The notes beneath the pieces are model-generated. The model saw only the letters and a list, made by a program, of their open reading frames with translations, had not been told where the DNA came from and did no database searches. A DNA stretch of 64,000 nt from an uncultured Maribacter sp. (GTDB taxonomy: Bacteria; Bacteroidota; Bacteroidia; Flavobacteriales; Flavobacteriaceae): positions 7,091 to 71,090 of the forward strand of contig CBDUKE010000002.1 of NCBI GenBank assembly GCA_965367725.1. The letters run 5' to 3'. Below are positions 43,752-55,000 of this stretch, piece by piece. The stretch's first letter is position 1. Each line of letters starts with the position of its first letter. The position numbers were made by a program, and so were the translations under genes.

Positions 43752-44654
43752 ATGAACACCAGGACCATAATTTATTTGTTTACATTTTTAGTACTACCAC
43801 TGGGTCTTTTGGCTCAAAATAATAAGACCACGGTCAAGGAAAAATCCAATGATAATCAGTCGTATTTACTTACCGATATAAGTTACATCAACGATGCAAT
43901 TTTTATGGGAAGACGGGATTCCATTGCCGCACCGTACATATTCCCATCAATTGGGTATTATGATGCATCAGGTTTTTTTGCCGATGTATCAGCATCTTAT
44001 CTAACCAGTTCAGATGAAAGTCGTTTTGATCTTTTTTTGATCAGTGCTGGTTATATGTTCGATGCAAAAAAATGGAGTGGGGGCATTTCAGGCACTGCTT
44101 ATTTTTTCAATGAAGACAGTTACAATGTTCAATCTGAAACAGTTGGTGATATTACCGGAATGCTGGGTTATGATTTAGATGCTTTTGAAGTTACCCTAAC
44201 CGCTAGTAGTTATTTCAACAAAGAAAGTTCGGCGGATATTTTTGTCGGACTTATGTTGGATCGCACTTTTTATGCCGCGGACAATAGTTTATTGATCAAC
44301 CCATCATTGGCACTGTATGCGGGTTCCCAATACTTTTATCAAGAGTATTATACCACTAGTCGTTTGGGCAGCAGAAAGGGCCAAGGAAATGGCACTTCAT
44401 TAACGGAACCTTCATCGACAACCGCTGTGGAAATAAAAGAAGCTTCAGAATTTAATCTCCTGAACGTTGAACTGAGTCTGCCGTTGCAATATTATCATAA
44501 ACAGTTCATTTTTTCTGTAACCCCAACTTGGGCTTTTCCGCAGAGCAGTGCTACCATAACCACTGAAGATTCTGTAATTGTGGAAGACTTGGAAAATGTG
44601 TTCTATTGGTCAGTAGGTATTAGTTATTGGTTTAAAACCAAGAAAGAAAAATAA
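43752..44654 (+). CDS. Hypothetical secreted protein, possibly an outer-membrane beta-barrel
   Basis: Signal peptide, alternating hydrophobic and aromatic strands rich in Y, S and G, and a YWF near the C-terminus. I recognise no family. Confidence 0.4.
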   Translation: MNTRTIIYLFTFLVLPLGLLAQNNKTTVKEKSNDNQSYLLTDISYINDAIFMGRRDSIAAPYIFPSIGYYDASGFFADVSASYLTSSDESRFDLFLISAGYMFDAKKWSGGISGTAYFFNEDSYNVQSETVGDITGMLGYDLDAFEVTLTASSYFNKESSADIFVGLMLDRTFYAADNSLLINPSLALYAGSQYFYQEYYTTSRLGSRKGQGNGTSLTEPSSTTAVEIKEASEFNLLNVELSLPLQYYHKQFIFSVTPTWAFPQSSATITTEDSVIVEDLENVFYWSVGISYWFKTKKEK

Positions 44655-44727
44655 CCCCCAACTTTTTCTTTTATAGTCAAAGTAAGCCAAGATTTAAGTC
44701 GTACTTTAGATATTAATTCCATTGATT

Positions 44728-45381
44728 ATGATAGTTCATCGTTTTGAGTCAAAACCTTCAGTCTTAAATCATTTTATTGCGGAAATCAGGGATATTGATA
44801 TTCAGAAAGATCCTATGCGTTTTCGAAGAAATATTGAACGTGTTGGCGAAATTTTGTGCTATGAAATGAGCAAGACCTTGAATTATGATACCAAGACCGT
44901 TCAGACCCCTTTTGGCACCAAAGACATTGCCTTGCCCATAGATGAGCTCGTCCTTTGTTCAGTCTTACGTGCCGGGCTTCCACTTCATCAAGGATTATTG
45001 AATTATTTTGATCGCGCTGAAAATGCCTTTATCTCGGCCTATAGGCATCACCCAAACGGCGGGGACGATTTTGAGGTTATTGTCAAATACTTTGCAGCCC
45101 CTTCTTTGGGCAATAAGACGCTGGTACTCACAGACCCTATGTTGGCTACGGGTAGAACCCTTGAGAATGTATTGAATGTTTTAAAAAGTCATGGCCAACC
45201 AAAGCAGATCCACATTATTTCAGTAATTGGTTCAAAGCAGGGTGTGGAATATATAAAAAAAGTTTTTCCAGAGGGTACCCATCTTTGGATTGCAGCTATA
45301 GACGATGAACTTACCAGTAAGGGGTATATAATTCCTGGCATAGGCGATGCTGGCGATTTGGCCTTTGGGGTAAAGCTTTGA
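44728..45381 (+). CDS. upp: Uracil phosphoribosyltransferase
   Basis: PRPP loop LTDPMLATGRTL and uracil-binding YIIPGIGDAGDLAFG. I prefer ATG 44728 over the TTG at 44722. Confidence 0.88.
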   Translation: MIVHRFESKPSVLNHFIAEIRDIDIQKDPMRFRRNIERVGEILCYEMSKTLNYDTKTVQTPFGTKDIALPIDELVLCSVLRAGLPLHQGLLNYFDRAENAFISAYRHHPNGGDDFEVIVKYFAAPSLGNKTLVLTDPMLATGRTLENVLNVLKSHGQPKQIHIISVIGSKQGVEYIKKVFPEGTHLWIAAIDDELTSKGYIIPGIGDAGDLAFGVKL

Positions 45382-45443
45382 CCAAGCCGTATTTTCTGCT
45401 GATAGCTTTCGTCTATTCCACCATTCTTAAATGATATGCTCTT

Positions 45444-45459
45444 GGTAACAATAGTTACT
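45444..45459. promoter_or_regulatory. Palindromic operator GGTAACAATAGTTACT (site 5)
   Basis: The GTAAC-N4-GTTAC core is perfect. It lies 45 bp upstream of the TolC-family gene start. Confidence 0.5.
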
Positions 45460-45503
45460 GCCAGGTCTGTTATCTCCGTCTAATTTTGCCACAAATTAAT
45501 TAG

Positions 45504-46811
45504 ATGATGAAGAAACTACTTTTGATACTAACGTTTTTAGGTACTGGATTTTTAATACAGGCCCAAGAAACAATGTTGATTACCAAGGATGAGGTACTCG
45601 CAAAGGTTATTCAAGAGAATAATACGTTAAAAATATCAGAGCAGGAAGTAATGGCGGCAAGGGGCGATTTCAATCAATCAAATGCCATATTCCTACCAAA
45701 TATCAGTGTTTCGCACACAGCTATAGCTACCACAAATCCGTTAATGGCTTTTGGTTCAAAACTGAATCAGGAAATCTTGACGCAAGCTGATTTTAATCCA
45801 TTGGTATTGAATGATCCCAATCAGATTGAAGACTATGCCACCAGAATCGTGGTACAGCAACCTTTATTGAATTTTGATGGGATATATCAGCGCAAGGCCG
45901 CGAAGGCTAAATTGAATGCCACGTCATTACAGTCTGAACGTAAGCAGGACTATATGCAATTGGTCGTGGATAAGGCTTATATGCAATTGCAGTTGGCTTA
46001 TAAAACTGTTGCCGTTTTGCAAAAGGCCAAAGAGGCCGCCCTTGAGAATAAACGTTTGGCAGACAATAGTCTTAAACAAGGATACTTGCAAAAATCGGAT
46101 GTTCTCGCCGTTGAGGTGCGTCTAACTGAAATAGACAACCAATTACAGTATGCCAAAAGTAATATCCAAAATACATCGAACCAATTATCGGTTTTAATGA
46201 ATGACGAGAGTTACCAATTATTGCAACCAGCGGATTCATTGACCATTCTTACAAGTACAATCAGTTTTGAAAGTTTACCGGAAAACAGAAAGGACATTCA
46301 GGCCATTTCTTCGGCATCCGAGGCTTATATGCAAATGTATAAGGCCGATAAAATGAGTTTTCTTCCTAGCCTTAATGCATTTGGCACCTATGAATTGCAT
46401 GATGATGAAGTGTTCCAAGGTGATGCAGATGGCTACCTTTTTGGTGCGGAATTGAAATGGAACATTTTCGAAGGCTCCAAACGCTTTGGAAAAGCACAGA
46501 AAAGTAAGGCGGAATATGAAAAATCGAAATTGGAGTTAAACCAATATAAGGCAGAAAGTCAGGTAGAGCTGAATAGGGCCAAGCGTATGCTTCAGGATGC
46601 CAAAAACAACTTGGGGCTTACGGCTTTGGCCTTACGACAATCCAAGGAATCGCTAAGGATAAGAACCAATCGTTTTGAACAAGGGTTGGAAAAAACAACG
46701 GATTTGTTGATGGCCGAAACGCAATATGCCCAAAAGCAATTGGAGTACTATACGACTATTTATCAAAACAATTATGCATTGGCATATGTTCAATTTTTAA
46801 CCAAGGAATAG
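45504..46811 (+). CDS. TolC family outer membrane efflux protein
   Basis: Signal peptide and two coiled-coil/beta repeats typical of TolC. It is the first gene of the efflux operon. Confidence 0.85.
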   Translation: MMKKLLLILTFLGTGFLIQAQETMLITKDEVLAKVIQENNTLKISEQEVMAARGDFNQSNAIFLPNISVSHTAIATTNPLMAFGSKLNQEILTQADFNPLVLNDPNQIEDYATRIVVQQPLLNFDGIYQRKAAKAKLNATSLQSERKQDYMQLVVDKAYMQLQLAYKTVAVLQKAKEAALENKRLADNSLKQGYLQKSDVLAVEVRLTEIDNQLQYAKSNIQNTSNQLSVLMNDESYQLLQPADSLTILTSTISFESLPENRKDIQAISSASEAYMQMYKADKMSFLPSLNAFGTYELHDDEVFQGDADGYLFGAELKWNIFEGSKRFGKAQKSKAEYEKSKLELNQYKAESQVELNRAKRMLQDAKNNLGLTALALRQSKESLRIRTNRFEQGLEKTTDLLMAETQYAQKQLEYYTTIYQNNYALAYVQFLTKE

Positions 46812-46869
46812 TCCATTAGGCAATTTCTACTTGGCAGTAAATAAGAAAAAAATTAAATACCAAATAAGA

Positions 46870-47949
46870 ATGAAGACAAAATATTATATAACAACACTTT
46901 TTACAACAGCCGTGCTGTTGACAGGTTGTGGAGATGGGGATAAAAAAACAGTGGCTGATAATTCCCCCGCAGTTACTGTTACTGTAAGCTCGGTCTCAGG
47001 TGGGGATAGTAATTCATTTTTGACCACAAGTGGTAAGATCGAGGCCGTAAAAAGTGCCAACCTAAGTACCCGAATGATGGGCTATGTTGATAGGATCTAT
47101 GTGCAAGTTGGGGAGAAGGTAAGCAAAGGGCAACAATTGATCAGTATCAGTAATACAGATCTATCGGCAAAATTGGCCCAAGTGAACGCAGGTATCACCG
47201 AAGCAACTGCGGCATTCAGCAATGCCGAAAAAGATTTTAACAGGTTTACGGCCTTGTTCAATGAAAATAGCGCTTCGCAAAAAGAGCTCGATGATATTAC
47301 GGCGAACTATACCATGGCAAAGGCTAGACTAGAGGGTGCAAAACAAATGAAAAATGAAGTAAATGCCCAATTTTCCTATGCCAATATCCGTGCCCCTTTT
47401 AGTGGTACAGTAACGAATAAATTTATCAATGTTGGCGATATGGCGAATCCAGGAATGCCCTTGTTGGAAGTGGAATCTCCTGGCAAATTCCAAGTGTTGG
47501 CCATGGTTCCAGAATCTGAAATACTACAGATAAAAGCCGATACCGATGTTCGTGTGGTTTTAAAATCCTTGGGCAAAACAGTCAAAGGAAAAGTGGTTGA
47601 GGTGAGTACATCTGCCAAGAATACAGGTGGCCAATATATGGTGAAAGTAATGCTTGAAAAAACAGATGCAACCGTGATGTCGGGTATGTATGCCACAGTG
47701 CAGTTTCCTACCCAATCCAATGAAAGTACCCAAGCCGTTATGCTACCAAAAGAAGCAATAGTCATCAATGGGCAATTAACCGGTGTTTATACCGTAAGCG
47801 AAAGTAATACAGCCTTATTGCGTTGGTTGCGATTAGGACGCACTATTGGGGATAAGGTAGAAGTATTGTCCGGGATGTCATCAGATGAACAATACATTGT
47901 CTCTGCCGATGGTAAATTATACAATGGAGCGAAGATCAATATCCAGTAA
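46870..47949 (+). CDS. Efflux RND periplasmic adaptor (membrane fusion protein) lipoprotein
   Basis: I prefer ATG 46870 (MKTKYYITTLFTTAVLLTGC lipobox) over the TTG at 46831. Biotinyl/lipoyl-like hairpin (GQQLISISNTDL) and a beta-barrel region. Confidence 0.85.
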   Translation: MKTKYYITTLFTTAVLLTGCGDGDKKTVADNSPAVTVTVSSVSGGDSNSFLTTSGKIEAVKSANLSTRMMGYVDRIYVQVGEKVSKGQQLISISNTDLSAKLAQVNAGITEATAAFSNAEKDFNRFTALFNENSASQKELDDITANYTMAKARLEGAKQMKNEVNAQFSYANIRAPFSGTVTNKFINVGDMANPGMPLLEVESPGKFQVLAMVPESEILQIKADTDVRVVLKSLGKTVKGKVVEVSTSAKNTGGQYMVKVMLEKTDATVMSGMYATVQFPTQSNESTQAVMLPKEAIVINGQLTGVYTVSESNTALLRWLRLGRTIGDKVEVLSGMSSDEQYIVSADGKLYNGAKINIQ

Positions 47950-47959
47950 TTAATAAAAG

Positions 47960-48134
47960 CTCCTCCTACAGACAAAGGGAGGTATCACGCCTTGAGGCGT
48001 GAAGTAGGGTTTGAAAGCGAGTCCCTGAATTTTAAGAGTATGGGTTCGGGGAAAAGCACAAGGGTTTAGGATTACAAACTCCCCTTTCTTCCACTAAAGT
48101 GGAATTCATTCCCCTCTTCGTCTGAAGAGGGGAG
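47960..48134. repeat. GC-rich multi-hairpin intergenic insert (REP-like), copy 2, between the MFP and RND genes
   Basis: Hairpins CACGCC-TTGA-GGCGTG, TTCCAC-TAAA-GTGGAA and CCCCTCTTC-GTC-TGAAGAGGGG. It shares AGGATTACAAA and TTCATTCCC with 41557-41629. Confidence 0.45.
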
Positions 48135-48154
48135 CAATAAAGTAAAATAAAAGA

Positions 48155-51100
48155 ATGAAAGAAGGATTAGCTGGCAAAATCGCCAAATTATTTATAGGGT
48201 CTAAATTAACGGTGCTTCTGATGATCGTATTCATGGTCATTGGCGTGTATAGCTCCTTTTTGATACCAAGGGAGGAGGAGCCCCAGATTGATGTGCCTAT
48301 CGCCGATATTTTTGTGGGATATCCTGGAGCAAGCCCAACCGAGGTTGAATCACGAGTGACAAAACCACTCGAAAAACTCATTTCGAACATAAAAGGGGTA
48401 GAGTATGTGTATTCCACCTCGATGGAAGAGCAAGGCATGGTCATCGTACAGTTTTACGTAGGTGAGGATATTGAACGTTCTTTTGTAAAGCTCTATAACG
48501 AGATCAATAAGCATATGGATATTATGCCCGAGGGTGTTACCTTTCCCTTGGTGAAAACCCGTGCTATTGACGATGTACCGATGTTGGGTTTAACGCTTTG
48601 GAGTGAGACATATGACGATTATCGCATAAAGCAAATTGCACAGGAGCTTACTGATGAAATTGGGAAGATAAATGATGTCTCGGCTACCAAAAAAATAGGA
48701 GGGAGAAATAGACAATTACGCGTTGTTCTTGATAAGGAAAAAATGGCGGAAAGCGGATTGGATTTCCTTTCTGTGGCCCAAATGATAAAGGCCAACAACC
48801 AACAACTGAGCGGCGGTTCTTTTGATAAGAACGATACCGAATATATGGTGACAACCGGGAAGTTCCTGGAAACTGTATCGGATGTTGAGAATTTAGTAGT
48901 TGGTGTTCAACAAAATAGACCCATTTACTTAAAGCAGATTGCATCGGTGGAAGACGGACCGGAACTTCCTAAGAATTATGTTTCCTTAGGTTTTGGTCAA
49001 GCTAGTGAAAAGGCCCAAAAATACAATTCGGAATATCCTGCGGTTACCATCTCTGTAGCAAAACGCAAGGGTGCCGATGCTATGAAAATATCGGATATTA
49101 TCATTGACAAAGTTGAACATCTTAAGAAGAACTTGATTCCTGACGATATACATGTTGAGGTAACACGTAATTATGGTGAAACAGCTTCACACAAGGTCTC
49201 CGAACTTTTGTTGCACCTAATTGGTGCTATTATCGCTGTAACTTTCGTGGTGATGCTGGCTATGGGTTGGCGTGGTGGTTTGGTGGTGTTCTTATCCGTA
49301 CCCATCACATTTGCCTTGACGTTATTGAGTTATTATATGCTCGATTATACCTTGAACAGAATCACACTTTTCGCCTTGGTTTTTGTAACAGGTATTGTAG
49401 TGGATGATTCTATCATCATTGCAGAGAATATGCACCGCCATTTTAAAATGAAGCGCTTACCCTTTAAGCAGGCGGCATTATATGCGATAAATGAAGTGGG
49501 TAACCCGACCATATTGGCAACTTTCACGGTTATAGCATCTGTATTGCCGATGGCCTTTGTTTCTGGTTTAATGGGACCTTATATGAGTCCAATGCCCATT
49601 GGTGCTTCAATTGCCATGCTGTTGTCACTTTTCGTTGCTTTAACAATCACGCCCTATTTGGGTTTTATATTCCTAAGGGAAAAGGAGAAGAGTGGTGGAG
49701 AAGAGAAAAAAGAGAAGCCTTTGGAGGAATCTTTTATCTACCGTATCTATGAAAGGTTTGAAAAACCACTCATCGAAAATAAAAAGAAACGTTGGATGTT
49801 CTTGGGAATCACTTTTGTGTTATTGATTGCCTCAGTGGCATTGTTCTTTACAAAATCGGTGGCTGTGAAAATGTTGCCTTTTGATAACAAGAATGAATTT
49901 CAAGTGGTCATTGACATGCCTGAGGGTACAACCCTGGAAAGGACCGGTGTTGTGACCAAGGAAATTGCCCAGTATTTATCAACGCGCCCAGAAGTGGTGA
50001 ACTACCAGAATTATGTGGGTACTTCGGCCCCGATAACTTTTAACGGATTGGTGCGGCATTACGATTTACGCGGGGGCAGCAATATGGCCGATATTCAAGT
50101 AAATCTGATCGACAAAGGCGAGCGTAGTGAACAAAGCCATGAAATAGCCAGTCTTTTACGTCCTGAGATTCAGCGAATAGGTGCCAAGTTCAATGCCAAC
50201 GTAAAAATTGTTGAAGTACCGCCAGGACCTCCGGTGATGTCAACCATTGTGGGCGAGATTTATGGTCCGGATTATGATACGCAAATTGATATTGCAAATC
50301 AGGTTCAGAACATACTAAAAAATACTGACGATGTGGTTGATGTAGATTGGATGGTTGAAGCCGACCAAATCGAGTATGAATTTATCATTGACAAGGAAAA
50401 AGCCATGTTGTATGGTGTAGTACCACAACAAATTTCCCATACGATGAAAATGGCCTTGTCGGAAAGGGTCATTACGAATTTGTATGATGAGGCTGCCGTA
50501 AATCAAGTGGGGTTGATCCTGGCCTTGGATGAAAAGGAAAAATCGACCATTAGTGATATTTCCCAATTAAAGGTCAAATCGCAACAGGGAAACATGATAA
50601 CCATTGGTGACTTGGTTGATATACAGCAGACCACAAGGGCAAAAAGCATTTATCGCAAGAACCAAAAGCGAGTAGTCTATGTAATGGCCGATATGGCGGG
50701 AGAGCTCGAAAGTCCGGTGTACGCTATTTTGGGAATGACGGATAAGTTAAAAGGACTTAATCTTCCTGAAGGATATTCCGTTGATGAGTTGTATATAAAA
50801 CAACCCGATTTTGAGGATAATTATACGGTAAAATGGGATGGGGAATGGCAGATTACCTTGGAAGTATTCCGTGATTTGGGAATCGCTTTTCTTGGTGTCA
50901 TTGTGATTATTTACATTTTGATCGTAGGCTGGTTCCAGAATTTCAAGGCACCTATCGTTATGATGGTTGCTATTCCGCTTTCTATGGTGGGTATTGTTTT
51001 GGGGCATTGGTTGTTGGGTGCATTTTTTACAGCCACTTCTTTTATTGGAATGATTGCCTTGGCAGGTATCATGGTTCGAAACTCGGTCTTGTTGATTGAC

Positions 51101-51349
51101 TTTGTGAATTTGCGATTAGATGAAGGAATACCGATTAAACAAGCCGTCATAGAGGCGGGAGCGGTTCGTACAACGCCCATTTTATTGACTGCAGGAACTG
51201 TGGTGATAGGGGCGTTTGTAATCCTCTTTGATCCTATTTTTCAAGGATTGGCCATTTCGCTTATGGGTGGGACCATTGTATCCACGGTATTGACCCTTTT
51301 AGTAGTGCCTTTGGTGTATTACATGATAGAACGTAAAAATTATAAATAA
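48155..51349 (+). CDS. Efflux RND transporter permease (AcrB/CzcA superfamily)
   Basis: 1064 aa with a 12-TM RND architecture and large periplasmic loops. The substrate class (metal or organic) cannot be decided by eye. Confidence 0.9.
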   Translation: MKEGLAGKIAKLFIGSKLTVLLMIVFMVIGVYSSFLIPREEEPQIDVPIADIFVGYPGASPTEVESRVTKPLEKLISNIKGVEYVYSTSMEEQGMVIVQFYVGEDIERSFVKLYNEINKHMDIMPEGVTFPLVKTRAIDDVPMLGLTLWSETYDDYRIKQIAQELTDEIGKINDVSATKKIGGRNRQLRVVLDKEKMAESGLDFLSVAQMIKANNQQLSGGSFDKNDTEYMVTTGKFLETVSDVENLVVGVQQNRPIYLKQIASVEDGPELPKNYVSLGFGQASEKAQKYNSEYPAVTISVAKRKGADAMKISDIIIDKVEHLKKNLIPDDIHVEVTRNYGETASHKVSELLLHLIGAIIAVTFVVMLAMGWRGGLVVFLSVPITFALTLLSYYMLDYTLNRITLFALVFVTGIVVDDSIIIAENMHRHFKMKRLPFKQAALYAINEVGNPTILATFTVIASVLPMAFVSGLMGPYMSPMPIGASIAMLLSLFVALTITPYLGFIFLREKEKSGGEEKKEKPLEESFIYRIYERFEKPLIENKKKRWMFLGITFVLLIASVALFFTKSVAVKMLPFDNKNEFQVVIDMPEGTTLERTGVVTKEIAQYLSTRPEVVNYQNYVGTSAPITFNGLVRHYDLRGGSNMADIQVNLIDKGERSEQSHEIASLLRPEIQRIGAKFNANVKIVEVPPGPPVMSTIVGEIYGPDYDTQIDIANQVQNILKNTDDVVDVDWMVEADQIEYEFIIDKEKAMLYGVVPQQISHTMKMALSERVITNLYDEAAVNQVGLILALDEKEKSTISDISQLKVKSQQGNMITIGDLVDIQQTTRAKSIYRKNQKRVVYVMADMAGELESPVYAILGMTDKLKGLNLPEGYSVDELYIKQPDFEDNYTVKWDGEWQITLEVFRDLGIAFLGVIVIIYILIVGWFQNFKAPIVMMVAIPLSMVGIVLGHWLLGAFFTATSFIGMIALAGIMVRNSVLLIDFVNLRLDEGIPIKQAVIEAGAVRTTPILLTAGTVVIGAFVILFDPIFQGLAISLMGGTIVSTVLTLLVVPLVYYMIERKNYK

Positions 51350-51355
51350 TAGCAG

Positions 51356-51661
51356 ATGAAATTATTATTGGTCACAGTAGTAGAACAATTTGAAAAACAG
51401 GTAGTCGACCTTTTTAAAAAGGCAAAGATTGAGAACTTTAGTGGTTCTGAGATTGATGGGTACAAGACCCCGGTTTCGTTATTGATGAAATCGAGCTGGT
51501 TCCCGAATGTTAAGGGTGGTGTGGAATCCAGTCTTTTTTTCTCCTTTACTGAAGATGATAAAATCGATGTTCTTTTTGAACTGATCAAGGAGTTCAATAC
51601 GAAATTGGAAACCAACAATCCCATAAAGGCTGTTGTTGTTCCTATTGAAAGAAGTATTTAA
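51356..51661 (+). CDS. Small hypothetical protein, possibly a P-II-like fold
   Basis: 101 aa starting 6 nt after the RND stop. The N-terminal MKLLLVTVVEQFEKQVVDLFKKAKIENFSGSEIDGYK resembles a beta-alpha-beta P-II-like start. This is a weak call. Confidence 0.3.
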   Translation: MKLLLVTVVEQFEKQVVDLFKKAKIENFSGSEIDGYKTPVSLLMKSSWFPNVKGGVESSLFFSFTEDDKIDVLFELIKEFNTKLETNNPIKAVVVPIERSI

Positions 51662-51683
51662 GTATAATTATAAAAACAGATAA

Positions 51684-51890
51684 ATGTTAAATAAGTATTT
51701 TAGGATAATCGTGGGCTGCTTTGTCATATTCAGTGCACTAATGGCCATGTACGTACATATTAATTGGTTGTGGTTTACTTTGTTTATTGGGGCAAACATG
51801 TTTCAATCGGCATTCACTAAATGGTGTTTACTGGAGAAAATTTTGGTAAAATTAGGGGTTAAAGAAGGCGGGGAGAGCTGCTCGGTATAA
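51684..51890 (+). CDS. DUF2892 (YgaP-like) small membrane protein
   Basis: 68 aa with two TM segments. GANMFQSAFTKWCLLEKILVKLGV matches the DUF2892 C-terminal pattern. Confidence 0.65.
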   Translation: MLNKYFRIIVGCFVIFSALMAMYVHINWLWFTLFIGANMFQSAFTKWCLLEKILVKLGVKEGGESCSV

Positions 51891-52017
51891 GCATAAACTA
51901 CCATTTGTAGTCAGTTTTATTTTTGATTGTGCTAATCTTTGTTGTAAACGATTGGTGGGCCGGTAACCCAAGTTTAAATTATTTCATTTAAATTTGACCG
52001 ACCTACATCAAATTATA

Positions 52018-55000
52018 ATGAAGAACATACTAGCAAAATTCCTTAAACTTTCCACGCCTTTATTCAATACCCGAGCCGCAGGGCTCTATATATTGCTTTT
52101 TGCAGCGGCAATTGGTATTGCAACATTCATAGAGAATGACTTTGGCACCTCTGCGGCACAAAAGGTCATTTATAAATCGTGGTGGTTTGAGCTTTTACTA
52201 TTGCTGTTCGGAATAACAATTATTGTGAACATTTTTAAGTTCAGGATGATCCAACAAAAGAAATGGCCTTTATTGCTATTTCATGGGGCGATTATTATAA
52301 TTATAATTGGGGCAGGTGTTACAAGATATTTTGGTTTTGAAGGCATTATGCATATTCGGGAAAACGATGCAGCCAACAGCTTCTTATCCTCCAATACATT
52401 CTTAAAATTCAAAGTTAACAAGAACAACCAAACTTTTGATTTTGATGAGCCCGTACTCTTTGCGTCCTTGGGAAACAATGGCTGGAAGGGCGAGTACTTG
52501 ATCGATGGAGATTTAATTGCTGTTGAGGTGCAGGAATTCATTCCCAATCCGAAACAAGTGCTGACCGAAAGTATGGATGGTAGGGCCACGCTCCAAATTG
52601 TAGTTTCTGGGGCAAATGGTCGGGAAGAGTATTATATTGGTGAAGGGCAGACTAAAAGAATTAGGAATGTCATTTATAATTTCAAAAATACCCAGCTGCC
52701 GGATGCCATAAATATTCTTTTTAGGAACGATTCATTACTGTTCACTTCCAATAAGACCTTGACCCATATGACTATGGCTACTCAGTTGAGGGATACCATA
52801 ATTCCTTCAGGTACTTATACCCCCTTAAAATTAAACTCTTTATATTCCGATGGGGTCAATCAATTTGTCTTAACCGATTTTAAAAAGCAAGGTAAAGTCA
52901 ACATTGAATCGGAAGATTCAAAAGTCCGAAATGAAAGTTTGACAGCCCTATTATTGGATATCTCTGTAAACGGCAATAAGAAAGAAGCCTATGTTTATGG
53001 GAGCAAGGGAGTAGAAGGTAGACCACAACAACTAAATTTTGACGGCCTTGATTTAGCGGTTTCTTATGGTGCTAAAGAAATCACCGTCCCTTTTCAAGTA
53101 AAATTGAATAAGTTTATTATGGAGAAGTACCCAGGGACCAATAGTGCTGCTTCCTATGCGAGTGAGGTTACGTTGATCGATGATAGCAAAAATGTTAAAA
53201 TGGACTACCGCATTTTCATGAACAATATCTTGGATTATGGGGGATATCGATTTTTTCAATCTTCCTTTGATAAGGATGAGAAAGGAACGTATTTGAGTGT
53301 AAATTTTGACTTTTGGGGCACTTGGATATCTTATTTAGGCTATGCTTTGTTGACGCTAGGTATGGTATTGGTATTCTTCAGCAAAAAAACAAGATTTTAC
53401 CAAGTCTCCCAGAAGATCAAAAAACTGAGGGCAAAGTCATCCACTTTCGTACTTGCCTTGTTTTTATCAACTTCATTTTCCTATGCCCAGTCGCAAGCCT
53501 TTGCTGACAATGCTGTAGCTATTGAACATGCCGATGCATTCAGCAAATTGGTGGTTCAGGATTTTAAAGGTAGAATGAAACCGATGCATACGCTTTCTCG
53601 CGAGATCATGCGAAAGTTGGCGCGTAAGGAAAGTATGTACGACCTGACTGCAGACCAAATTCTGCTTAGCATGTTTGTCAATAAAGAAGATTGGTATAAG
53701 GCGGGGATAATTAAATTGGGCAAGCATCAGGATATCCATAAAAGCCTAAGCGTCGCAGGGGATTACGCCTCTTATGCTGATTTTTTTAAGACCAATGGGG
53801 AATATAAGTTTAGAGATGAAGTTCGTCGCGTATATGGCTTGGAACCCATAGACAGAGGTGTCTATGAGAAAGAATTATTGAAGATTGATGAAAGAGTCAA
53901 TATCCTGAATATGGTATTCTCGGGTAGTTTGTTGAAAATCGTCCCGAACCCCAATGATTCAAATAACACTTGGGAGTCTAATGCCACAAGTAATCACAGT
54001 GCCAATGACGGTCATAATCACAGTACAGTTGGCAAAGACTTTTTCAGCTCTTATACAACTGCATTAAAAGCGGCAGTTGTTTCGAGCGATTATACACAGG
54101 CTGGGCAACTCCTTAATGAATTAGCAGCTTACCAGCGTGAAAAGGGCGGTGATATCATACCAAAGGAATCAAAAATAAGCGCCGAAATTTTATTGAATAA
54201 AATGAATGTCTTTTCCCGTTTGGCAGGGTTTTATGCTCTTTTGGGAGTTTTCTTTTTGTTCTTTTTGTTCCTATCGGTCTTTAAGCCAACGATTAATTTA
54301 AACAAGGTGTATTTGGTTCTGTTCTCTTTGGTTATTCTTGGATTTGTCCTTCACACTATAGGATTGGGTCTGCGTTGGTATGTTTCTGGCAGGGCACCAT
54401 GGAGTAACGGATATGAGTCTATGATCTATATTGCCTGGACTTCGACTCTGGCTGGTGTGTTGTTCACCCGTAAGTCTTTTGGTGGGTTGGCAGCAACCAT
54501 GGTTTTAGCCGCAACAATTCTATTGGTATCCATGTTGAGTTTTCTTGATCCGGAAATCACCCCTTTGGTCCCGGTTCTAAAATCGTATTGGTTGACCATT
54601 CATGTTTCTCTTATAGCTGGTAGTTACGGGTTTCTTATGCTCGGAGCAATCATCGGTATTATCAATTTGATTCTCATGGTATTTATGAAGGAATCAAACA
54701 AGAAAAGAGTAAAACGAATTATTCAGGAAATGTCCCATATCAGTGAATTGACCTTGATTGGCGGACTGTTTATGGTCAGTATAGGCACCTATTTAGGAGG
54801 TGTTTGGGCCAATGAATCCTGGGGAAGATATTGGGGCTGGGATGCCAAGGAAACCTGGGCTTTGGTGACCATATTGGTCTATGCTTTTATCTTGCATATG
54901 CGGTTGATTCCAAAGTTAAAAGGATTGTTTGCTTATAATGTAGCCACAACCTTCGGATTGGCCTCTGTTATCATGACCTATTACGGCGTAAACTATTATT

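Noticed and set aside
51962-51977. GGTAACCCAAGTTTAA upstream of ccsBA as a seventh operator copy
   Set aside because: The right half-site (GTTTA) has two mismatches to GTTAC, so it is too weak to count.
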